A stretch of DNA of 48,913 nt, filler included, from Jimgerdemannia flammicorona (lineage: Eukaryota): the NCBI GenBank assembly GCA_003990765.1. It is 2 parts of 2 records of this genome, joined end to end, with 100 filler letters (N's around TTAATTAATTAA, not from the genome) between each part and the next. Parts side by side here need not be neighbours in the genome. Positions count along the whole stretch, not along the records: positions 1 to 24,411 come from RBNJ01000978.1; 1 more part is not named here. One strand, given 5' to 3'. The position numbers and the translations under genes are program-made. The notes beneath the pieces were generated by a model that worked only from the letters and a program-made list of their open reading frames with translations, was not told the origin of the DNA and did not search any database. Of the stretch, positions 13,292 to 24,511 are shown piece by piece (the first letter of the stretch is position 1; each line of letters starts with the position of its first letter).

Positions 13292-14498
13292 TGTGATAAG
13301 CCAAAAACGTATCACTTGAATTATAACTTAGCCAAATGATGTGAACAATTAGTAACTTAGCCAGATGATGTAAACAATTAGTAACTTAGCCAGATGATGT
13401 GAATATATAGCAATCATTACTAGACTATCAGATAAGGTATATCTGTATGAGATCAGCATACTTGTGCAGAATCTGTACACCTGTGCAGAACCCACACACC
13501 TGTGCAGAACTTGCATACTTACTACAAATAGCAATCTATAGTTAGCAATGAAGTAACTAGTAGTAACTATAACTGTATAAAATACCCCAGAGATAAGAGC
13601 AAATAAATCTCAGTTTTGAATTATAAAGCAAAAGACAAGTCTGCCTACTATACTTTGAGAGATATACCTGCCAATAGCCACTTGATCCAGAAAGGATTGC
13701 AATACTTAGGAGAAACACCTGCTCTATAGCCACTACTAGGAGATTGTGAGCTTTGCCCCTTTCCCACTCTAGTCCACTTTCTGATATAAAGAACAAGTCT
13801 ATTTTTGGTTCACTTGCCAGATAAGTCTGAAGAAATCTGCCAAGTTCAAGGAAGAACTTCACTGCCTTTTGAGTTATCTGCCACCATTTGAAGAGAAACC
13901 CATCTTCCCAGAAGAATCCATGCTATCTGAGTTATTTCCCAGAGAGCTGCTGGTTAAGAAGAATCTGTGACATCTGAGTTACCCAAACTATCCAAATTAT
14001 CTGTGACATCCGAGTTATTAGTTTGTTCCCAGTAAGCCTGATACAGAATAATCTGCCACCAGTATTATTTCCAGTAAGCTGCCAATTCAGAAAGGATCTG
14101 TGCCATCCTCTGTTCCCAGTAAACTCATGCCCAAATTGAGTTATTCACAGAAATTGCATAAAGAGAACTGCCAAATTGCCAAGATCGTTATACCAGAAAT
14201 TGCATACTTTTAGAGATCATCGTGCTACACAGAGATCATCACACAGAGATTGCTGTCACTCAAGAAGGAAAACCACTAAATTGCCAGTCATATATAAATT
14301 ACTGCTACACCCAGAGAACCTGTCCCAATAAGAAAGATGCTCACAGATATCCAGCTTTGACTATTATACCACTAAACACCAAGGTCCTCAGGAATTCTAG
14401 AACATTTTATTGCTTTTAACAAAGTAACTGAGGGCTCAAGCCAAACTACATCAACCCCCAATCTTGTAATTTGTCTCTATTGAGTCTGGTATATTATA
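13292..14498 (+). repeat. 5' LTR of Gypsy copy 1
   Basis: Direct repeat of 21690-22881. Starts TGTGATAAG and ends ATATTATA (mutated ATGTTACA). Confidence 0.92.
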
Positions 14499-14532
14499 TT
14501 TGAGAGCTCAACTGAGAAGATTTCAAATTGAC

Positions 14533-17500
14533 ATGACTTTTCAGCTCACAAAGAACCCACAGTCAAACTGGATACATTTGATACAACACCAATCTCTGCC
14601 ACCACAGGAGAACTAGTAATCACCAACATCTGGACAGGAAGAGAAGTAATCACCTTAAGACTTACCAACTATCCAGCATCAGAAGGATCCCAACCAGAAA
14701 TTAGTACAGCCCAAAATCCCCAATCAGATCAATCAGACAATACAGATAGTCCTGCTGGAGACTTTAGAGAACTTGCTCAAGAACTAGAAGATCTCATTGA
14801 ACTAGCTGGAAATCATGCAGCCAGATACTTCACAGCAGTTCCACTAATTTCACCCATAGAATGCTCATCTACAAGACCCAACTTAGAGAACTGGCCAGAG
14901 GAATTTTCCACCAAACAGTCAATGACCCACATTCAGAATTGGTAACAGAAATACAAGCAGCAGCCTCTTACCAGCTAGAGTATGCAGCCATGGTCCACTG
15001 GCTCATCAAAAAGTATGCAGGAAATGAAACCTGCTATAAGGCTCAAGAATCCATCATAGAGATGAAGATGAATCTTGGAGAATCACCCAGAGCCTTCTTT
15101 ACAAGAATCCAGAAGAGAATGCATGCAGCTGGGTTCAATGCCACCAACCAAGACATCATAGGACCAATGACCTTCATGAATGGAATCTCACCAAACATTG
15201 CTCAGTATGTCTGCACTCTAGGCATCAGAAGGCCTGAAGAGCAAGTAGATGTAGCTCAAGGATTCTTTGATGTTAAACAAGAAACTACCTGGAGTGACCA
15301 TGACAAGAAGGATGATAAAGAAGACATCCTGGTCAAAGTCCTACAAGGACTCCTTCAGGAATAAGAAAGATCTAAAGAAAGAAGACCAGCTAAGGAAGGA
15401 AAGAAGGACAGGAGTGAAATTCAAGACCTTAGCTTCAGGTTGGACCAACTGGTGGGACAGATTGAAAAACTCACTATATGCAAAAATCAGAGTTATCAAG
15501 AAAACAGAGGATATCCACCAAGGAACCAAGATTATCCACCAAAAGATAACAGGAACTATCAGCAAGAAGAAAGAAGATATCCTGTCCAAGACAGAACTCA
15601 AGTGTAATGCTCCCACTGTGGAAAATTTGGACACTATGCTACTGAATGTGATAACAAAAGAAGTGACTGAAAGGATTCAGAACCACCAAATTGAAGGAAT
15701 GAAACCCAGTACAAGAAGACTGAGGCCCATCCTGTTGAATACTTTGAAGAAGAGAGTAATAGTGAAGACTACAGTGATCTAGACTTGTACCCAACCAAAG
15801 TCAGTGCCCAGAGGACAGTTTACCCAGCAGAGAAAAGGAAGAGATCTGTTGGAAGGCCATCCAGGAATGTCAACAGAAGGATTATCCAGGAAGAAGATGA
15901 AGAATATAAAGAAGACCAGGTAGAAACACCTCTCTGATCCCCTTTACCTTTTGTCTTTAAGACAAATAAGTTACCACCAGAGGATGAAGAAATGGAATAA
16001 GAAGAATGAGAACCTACCACCCCAAAACCCAAGAAGAAGTACACATCCAAGACCATGCTCAGAGACATTTATAATGAAGCCTGGCAAAAGATTCAAGAGG
16101 CCAAGATGGAAGTCCCTCTCCTGCAGTTTCTATAACTAATACCAGCAGGAGTTTGAAACAAATCACTGAGGACTACTAGATCCAGCACTGGCTGAGTTCT
16201 AATCCCACAACAGGAGCCAGCCTCTATTCCTATCCAAGCTGCAGAAAGACATGTCAGCACTTATCTGTATAGAGATATTAGAGGACAAAAGGCAAAAATC
16301 CTCATAGACACAGAAGCAGCTATCTGTATTATTGCCAAACAATTCCTAGATACCCTTCAATGGCCCATTGATGGACCCTCCAACCTCAGCATCATAGTAG
16401 CAGATGGAGCCTGAACTCAGCCTCTTGGAGATGTGCAAAACATCACCATCTCTCTGAGACACATTCAGTTCTCCATTCCAAAGGCTGTTGTTACCAAAGT
16501 TATTACCTATAACATGATTCTTGGTACCAACTGGATGAAGGAAATGAATACAGTTGTTGATATCAGTCAACAAGTACTCAGAGGCAGGAAGTACAGAGTT
16601 AAGGTGACCAGCTATGAGTAATCAAAGAAGAAGAAGAAAGTCACTATCCAGGAAGAGTATACCAGCAGTGAAGAATCTACCACAGAAGAAGAAGAAGAAT
16701 CCAAAGATGGAAATGACCCTAGACTCAATCCCCAAATCAACCTAGTAGATGACAGGCCAGCAGACAATGTATGGGTCCAGAATACTATTCCTATTACCAT
16801 CAGAGCCATTGCAGGAGAAATCAAAGGATGCCCTACCTGTCTCAAAATATACAAGTGCCCTGAGCACTCCTCCAAGATCATTGGACAAGGAATTCGCCTG
16901 GCACAGCCTGCCCCAAATGCAGGAGAAAGAAGAAGAATACAGATATGCCCCAGAAATACCTACAACTGAAGCTGCAGAAGTACAAGCAATTTTGAGACAA
17001 GAATCATCATCTGAAGAAGAAGCTCTTGACCAAGAAGTTCCTGAGCAAGAAGTACCCAAAGAAGAAGAGGTCCCTGAACTCATTCCCTGAGATAACCCTC
17101 ACTGGACACCACCCAAAGACAATGACCCTTGGAATATAGAAAAAGGACCCAGGATAATCCCCATTATTCATAAGAAAGAAACTCACCAAGAAAGAGCTTT
17201 TTGGCTAGGAAGATATTCACACCAAATGATCTTCCACTCTCTCCAAGACTACTGCTATCAGTGCCATCTACTAGACCAGTAAGAAAGATAGAGACCCCAA
17301 AGACCAGAACTACTAATTACAGTTTCACAGTCAACTACCTTCCAAGAAATGACCACCAAATTACAAAGTCAATCTAGAGGACAAGACTTCTTCATCCAAA
17401 CAGAAAAATATCTCCTATCTACTCTTCCCCCAATATATGATGAAGATGAATACTGATTTCCAAGACAGCAAGAGATCAACAACCAGGACCATCATTTCTG

Positions 17501-20500
17501 AGCAATGGAATATTGCAATTATGGAAGACATCCAGACTGCTATGACTGCAGACATCAGAAGATTCACCTCAGTCATAATGTTACAATCCACATCTTGAAG
17601 AGAGGAGATAATGGAAGCCAGATCCAAAAAAGCCAGACCAAGAAGCCAGAAAGAAGGACTCTCAAGATCTATGATTTAGAAGAAGACATCCTAGCTCTCA
17701 TCAGATATACAGCCTACCAAGGATGGGCAGAGGATGCCACCAATTTCACAGAAGCCCTAGACCCTACAGGAAGAAGAGGAATCAACTATCTCCAAGACCT
17801 CTCTACTGGAGCCAGGTGGATCTCAGAGCCTAGAGGCATTCTGCTAGTAGAGCCTCAGCCCTGGATCAGTCTGAGCTCAGCAAGGATATTGCCCAGTATA
17901 TCCTGCTGCATCTCAAGGCCAAACCCCTGACCAAAGCCCACCCAGAAGATGTAGGATATGATTTTTACAGTCTGGAGGATGAATATATCAAGTCTGGAAA
18001 AACATTCATTGTCAAAACTGGACTAGCCATGCAGCCACCCCAAGGAGCTTACATCCAACTGACCTCAAGGTCTGGACTTGCTAGACAAGGAATAACTGTA
18101 GAAGGAGGAACCATTGACCCAGAACATATAGGTGAAATTAAGGTCATCCTATATAACAGTAGTACAGAATGGCACCAAATCATTATAGGACAGAAGATTG
18201 CTCAAACAGTCTTCATGAAGATCAAGACCCTGCAGTTACAAGAAGTTTCTGAACTGACCAAAGGAATAAGACAAGCCAAAGGATTTGGAAGCTCAGATAA
18301 GAAGGAAGTACACCTCCTTTAAGTCAACCATCTCAAGAGAAATATCCCTCAGCAAGTATACTACCAACCAGTCAGACTGTACAAGAATCTTATCCTGGAG
18401 TCTGGAGAGCAAACCACCTTTGAAATCTTTACACCACCTTACCCCAGAAATCTCTTCTTCGAACCCGATGATGATATCCCAAATCTAGACATAAAAGAAC
18501 ACACATTTCCTGACAAGATAAACCCAGTACACTCCTGAGCAACCAACCAAAGTTCAGAAACTATCATCTTACCAGAGGAACTGTCATAGGACATCTGGTG
18601 CCCCTTCTCAACTGAACTCATAAAGAAGTTTATGAACTAAACATATCAGAAAATAGTAAAAGGTCTCAGAAGAAAGGAAAGGCCCCTCTGTAACCTAAGA
18701 AATAGTAAAGTCTTCCACCAATATTAGAGAAGAACTGACACCCCAACAATAGCAACAACTAATAGAACTCTTTAACAAATTTCAAGATATCTTCACTACT
18801 GACTATAGCAATCTGCCATACAACCCATCATATCATTATAGCATAAATACCAGAAATATAACACCCATTCAGCAGAAATCCTATAGAATACCTCATCACC
18901 TAAAGATATTTGAAAAGGAGCACATTCAAGAACTCTTGGATAATAGAGTCATCTGACCTTCAACCAGCCCCTGGGCCAGCCCTATACTTATTGTACCAAA
19001 GAAAGGAGGATAGAGACTATGTGTGGATTACAGGAAACTCAATTCAGTCACCAAAAAGGATGCCTATCCTTTGCCCAGAATCAATGATCTCTTGGATCAG
19101 TTACAAGATACCAGATACTTCAGCAGTATGGATCTTTTCACAGGATTCCACAAGATCCCCATGGATCCCAAGGACATTCAAAAGACAGTCTTTCTTGTCC
19201 TAGGAATACCTCTGAATGTCCTTTGGACTTTGCAATACACCCCCAACCTTTCAGAGGATGATGAATTCAGTCCTTGCCCCCTTGATCTACCACTGCCTGA
19301 TTATATATATAGATAATTCCAACATCTATTCAGCAAATTTTGAAGAATACCTGCACTACCTTGAGGAATTCTTCAAGCTCACCCACAAGAACCACTTGAG
19401 ACTCAATGCAAAGAAATGCTACTTTGGAAAACAGAAACTTGAATTCCTCAGATTCATAGTTTCAAAAGAAGGAACCCATGCAGACCCAAAAAAGAAAACT
19501 GAGAAGATCAACAATTGGCCAGTACCCAAGACCCCCAAGGAAACACTATCATTCCTGATACTAGTATCCTACTACAGAAGGTTCATCAAGCAATTTGCCC
19601 AAATCACTGCCCCAATCTGAATCCTTCTCAAGAAAGGAGTCCCTTACAAATAGACAGAATTACAAGAGAAAGTCTTCAAAGAACTCAAGAACTGTATGAC
19701 TACAGCACCAATTCTTGTGTGCCCCAATCTATAGAAGCCATTTATCTTATACATAGATGCTTCCAAAGATAGTCTAGGAGCAGTTCTAGCTCAAGAAGGA
19801 TCTGACCAACAGTATCATGTGATAGCTTATACAAGCTGAGCTACCAATCAGCAGCAGATGAACTATGGTAGCATCAAACTGGAATGCCTTGCAGTCATAT
19901 GGATGGTTACCCTGTTTAAGCATTATCTTATTAGAAAAAGGTTCACCCTGATCACAGACCATGTAGCTCTCAAATAGCTATTCAACCACAAGGAACCTAC
20001 TGGAATCCTAGTCCACTGGATCCTTATCCTTCAGGATTACAAAATCACCATCATCTACAAAGCAGGAAAAGCTCACAACAATGTTGATGTACTTTCCCAC
20101 CAGTCCCAATGAATAAGCTCCTCAGACCATCAAGACACAAGAAGACCTCATTTGAAAAGAACATCAGAAAGCCCACTAGGGACAAGCAAACATAGAAGAA
20201 AAGTTGTAAAGAATATACCAACATTGGTCTAATCTCAGAACACAAGTCCAGGATATACTCAAGAGATGTGATATCTACCAGAAGTACCAAAAAAGGAAGA
20301 ACTATCAAGCACTACTGCAACCAATCACACCACCAGACAACATCTTTCAGAGTTGGAGAGTAGACATAATTGGACCCCTACCAGTTATATCAAGAAGAAA
20401 CAAGTATATTCTTATATTAATAGAATATTTGACCAAGTGGCCTAAGGCTTTCTCAATGGAAATCACAGATGTCTTAACCATTGTGGGCCTTCTCCATAGA

Positions 20501-21150
20501 CTCACACTCAGATATAGACCCATGGAAGAACTCATCTCTGACTGAGACACAGAATTCATCAACAACATAATCATAAGTTATGCCTGAATTTATAAGATCC
20601 ACCTCAAATGGACCACATAATACCACCCCCAGACCAATGATATAACAGAAAGAATGAACCAGACCATCAAGAAAGGACTTGCCTGAGTCAATCCTACCAA
20701 CTGGGATCTCTGCTTACCTGAGATCCTATGGGAAATTCAGAACACCCCTGCTGCCTCCACTGAACAAAAGCCATTTGAGATGATGTTTGCCAGAAATACC
20801 CGAACTGATGACCCTGAGAACCTCAGAAACCTTTTCAAAAAGGTAGAATAGTTATATAATCACGCCCAAGTTCAGATTATCAAAGCCCAAGAAAGACAAA
20901 AGTAGTACTATGACCAGAAGCAGATGAATTAGGAGATCAAGATTGGAGACCAAGTACTAGTTTGAAGAAGTATGATTGAAACAAACTTTGCCACCAAATT
21001 GGAGCCCAAATGGAAAGGACCTTATCTTGTTCATAACATCAGAGGAACCAATATCTATTTAAGAAGCATAGATGGATGAACCCTAAGGACACCAGTACAC
21101 ATCAATTACCTCAAGAAATATCTCCCTCTATACTATAAACTGGAGAAATG
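14533..21150 (+). pseudogene. gag-pol of Gypsy copy 1 (many stops and frameshifts)
   Basis: Zn knuckle ..HCGKFGHYATEC (~15610); protease KAKILIDT(E)AA (~16290); RT PWASP, CVDYRKLN, YPLPRINDLLD, FGLCNTPPTFQ, YIDN; RNase H YTDAS; integrase WRVDIIGPLP, YHPQTN, KWKGPY. Confidence 0.92.
17906..18298 (+). CDS. dUTPase domain within pol (copy 1)
   Basis: All five dUTPase motifs: DVGYDF, TSRSGLA, GGTIDPEHIGEIKV, GQKIAQ, RQAKGFGSSD. Confidence 0.93.
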
Positions 21151-21649
21151 ACAACCATCTCCAGACCCTCATCCTCAGTTTATTGCAATCACTACCAGTT
21201 CCCATACCTCAATTCCAAGAAGTCAATGGGAATATCCTCTAGAAGATTTAGATTTATCAAGCAAATCTTACTTTGGCCAAACACCTATTATAGGTCCACC
21301 AACTTTAGACTCTTATACAATTGGAGATCAGTTGTAAGACCTTTTAGTCCCAGAGCAGACCTATATCAGAAACACCACAGGATTATTAAGAAGGGATGCT
21401 ACTGCTGCAGACAGGCTCTATACTCTTTACAAATGAAACCCTGCAGCCATGATCCAAGCACAATTCTCCTGGAATGACATATGAGAAATGAGTCTAGTCA
21501 CCTATCTGAGCATCATTAATGCTGTTGAAATCCTGTTCCCCAAAGAAGAAAAAGAGTCTCTGGAATGGAGTGACTATAGTACATATAATGAAGATGATGG
21601 TACAGGAATTGATACAAAAGATGCTTATACATTTTGAGATGATAACTAA
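21135..21649 (+). pseudogene. Extra ORF (ORF3) after integrase, copy 1
   Basis: (ATA)NWRNDNHLQTLILSLLQSLPVPIPQF...IQAQFSWND...ILFPKEEKESLEWSDYS...GIDTKDAYTF; homologous to 24847-25359. Confidence 0.75.
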
Positions 21650-21689
21650 ATGATAGTCTGAGGACAGACCATCCTTTAGTTGGGGCTGA

Positions 21690-22881
21690 TTTGATAAGTC
21701 AAAAATATATCACTTAAATTATAACTTAGCCAGATAATACAAACAATTAGTAACTTAGCCAGATGACATGAACACATAGCAACCATTGCTGCAGAAAACT
21801 GTATAAATAGCCAGACTACCAGATAATATATATCTATGCAGGACCAGCACACTTGTACAAAACCTGCATACCTGTGCAGAACCCTCACATCTGTGTGGAA
21901 CTTGTACACTTACCATATATAGCAATCTATAGTTAGCAATGAAGTAACTAGAAGCAACCACAACTGTATAAAATACCTCAAAGATAAGAGTGAATAAACC
22001 TCAGTTCCAAAACATAAAGCAAAAGACAAGTCTGCCTACTATACTTTGAGAGATATGCCTGCCAAAAGCCACTTGATCTAGGAAGGATTGTAACACTTAG
22101 GAGAAATGCCTGCTCTACAGCCACTACTAGGAGATTGTGAGCTTTGTCTCTTTCCCACTCTGGTCCTCTGATACAAAGAATAAGTACATTTTTAGTTTGC
22201 TTGCCAGATAAGCCTGAAGAAATCTGCCAGTTCAAGGAAGAACTTCACTGCCTTTTGAGTTATCTGCCACCATTTGAAGAGAAACCTGTATTCCCAGAAG
22301 AATCCATGTTATCTGAGTTATTTCCCAGAGAGCTACCTGTTAAGAATCTGTGATATTCAAGTTACCCAAGCTATCCAAATTATCTGTGATATCTGAGTTA
22401 TTAGTTTGTTCCCAGTGAGCCCAATACAGAATAATCCACCACCAGTATTATTTCCAGTAAGCCACCAATTCAGGAAGGATCTGCACCATCCTCTATTCCT
22501 AGTAAACCCACACCCAAATCGAGTTATGTGCAGAAATTACATAAGGAGAACTACCAAATCACCAAGATTGTCATGCCAGTAATTGCATACTTTTGGAGAT
22601 TGTTGTTCTATATAGAGATCATCACACAGAGATTGCCATCACTCAAGAAGAAAAACTGCTAAATGGCCAGTCATATATAAATCACCACTATACTCAGAGA
22701 ACCTGTCCCAATAAGGAAGTTGCTCACAGATATCCAGCTTTGACTATTATACTACTAAACACCAAGGACCTCAGGAATTCTAGAATATTTTGTTGCTTTT
22801 AACAAAGTAACTCGGGGCTCAAGCCAAACTACATCAACCCCTAACATTATAATTTACCTCTATTGAGCCTGGCATATTACA
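21690..22881 (+). repeat. 3' LTR of Gypsy copy 1
   Basis: Follows the PPT-like AGTTGGGGCTGA and ends ATATTACA, then GTAG. Confidence 0.92.
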
Positions 22882-24008
22882 GTAGATAGGTAAGCTATAG
22901 GATCAAAAAAGGTCTATAAGATCAAGCATAAAGCTGATGGAACAATAGAGTAATATAAGGCTTAATTTGTGGTAAAGAGATATTTATAAGAATATGATAT
23001 AGATTATAATAAGACCTTTCTCTTAGTATTTAAGCTTACTTTACTTAGAATACTTCTTATAATTAGAGCTAAATATGACTAGGAAATCTACCAAATAGAT
23101 ATTAAGCCAGTCTTCTTGAATAGTGATATAGATACAGAGCTATACATATGTCAATTACAAGGATACAAACTATATAATAACAGTAATGAGTTTATATATA
23201 AATTATATAAAGATCTCAATGGTATCAAATAACCAGCAAGGCTGTAGAACTGAAAAATTGACAAATATCTCTTAGATAATAGATTTAAGTATTGCAAGAC
23301 TAATATATATATATATACTTAACATATATCCTCAGAAACAGTATACCTTGGAATTTAGATAAATGATATCATTCTAGTTAAGATAGTAAGTGAGATTAAT
23401 TATATAAAGATAATACTATATTAGAAATTAAAGATGATAGATATGGATAATATATCCTCTCTTCTTGGAATATTAATAATACATATATGTATAACAGACA
23501 TAGGTATACTATTTATCTATTATAAGCTATATATATTCAGACTATACTCAATAATTTGGCATAAGCAAATATAAATTTATTGAAATCCCTATGGTGATAT
23601 CCATGAGGTTAAAGAAGTCCATTGATAATATATCTAAGGAATTCAATAATACTCTCTATCAGTAAGCTATTATATCTCTTATATATATATCTTATATTTA
23701 AGATAAGGTCTAATATATTATATATAGCCAACAAAGTGACACATTACTTATCCTGCTATAATAATTTACATTAGACAGCAATCAAGTACATTTTCTAATA
23801 CATTAAAGACATGGTATACTATATGCTCAGTTTAGATAATAATAAGAGGTAAAGTGAGAGTACTCTAAGGTTATCTGGTGTATATAAAATAGATTAGACT
23901 GACATCTGGATGACAGATAGTCTATGACTGAATACCTCCTTAAAATTAGTAAAAATGGAGTTATTTTATAACAAATACCAAACAAACTTTTATAGTAATA
24001 TTATCTAT

Positions 24009-24411
24009 TGTAACGTAGTGGACGCGGAATTTAGTAAGTTGGATGGATTTTGGAATTGGACTGGTTTGATCTGACTCGTTCTGACTCGTTCTGACTCGTT
24101 CTGACTGAGGTTTATTCACTCTAAAATACTGAGTTATTTATACAGATTTGTGTGCTAATTCTGCTACTAAATATGTGGCTAAGTATTAAGTCTTTTCATG
24201 TGAAATTCTCAGGTAGAATCTCATGTGAAATCCTATCTGAAATTCGTGAAAGTAACAAGAGTTTCACTGATAATGTTTTAGATACAGTGTCCGCAGTAAA
24301 AGACTATACTAAATCGGAAATTGGATTCAGGTACTATGATCAAATGTCTATTTCCTGTTTCTATTTCATACCATACGTCACATCTTCCCCCTGAATAGGT
24401 TATTTTTGACA
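24009..24411 (-). mobile_element. 3' LTR (24009-24382) and PPT of a short-LTR element related to 42369-44569, cut by the assembly spacer
   Basis: TGTAACG...CGTCACA termini. Adjacent TCTTCCCCCTGAATAGGTTATTTTTGA is the reverse complement of 44081-44107. Contains a 10-bp tandem TCTGACTCGT. Confidence 0.85.
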
Positions 24412-24511
24412 NNNNNNNNNNNNNNNNNNNNNNNNNNNNNNNNNNNNNNNNNNNNTTAATTAATTAANNNNNNNNNNNNNNNNNNNNNNNNNNNNNNNNN
24501 NNNNNNNNNNN
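24412..24511. other. Artificial contig spacer: 44 N + TTAATTAATTAA + 44 N
   Basis: Exactly 100 bp and symmetric; the 12-mer gives stops in all six frames. Confidence 0.95.

Larger units (their letters stand above)
13292..22881 (+). mobile_element. Full-length Ty3/Gypsy LTR retrotransposon with dUTPase and extra ORF (copy 1, inactive)
   Basis: LTRs 13292-14498 and 21690-22881; TSD GTAG on both sides; PBS, gag-PR-dUTPase-RT-RH-IN order, PPT. Confidence 0.95.
10145..24008 (+). mobile_element. Ty1/Copia element A, heavily mutated; split by the Gypsy at 13292-22881 and cut by an LTR at 24009
   Basis: Short LTR then the fungal Copia PBS GGTTATGAGCCC (~10313); gag KDEDKVLAL/LPEIYDIVVTT; protease remnant (W)LIDS (~11497); integrase YFITFIDNYTCK and EQDNIAELFN. 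RT resumes at 22882 (DR.AIGSK.VYKIKHKADGTIE.YKA). Confidence 0.85.

Noticed and set aside
21135..21649. ORF3 as an envelope protein or chromodomain
   Set aside because: No signal peptide, TM helix or furin site, no chromodomain motif, and it lies in a different frame from integrase.
24456..24467. Palindromic TTAATTAATTAA
   Set aside because: Six-frame stop linker inside N padding; an assembly artefact.
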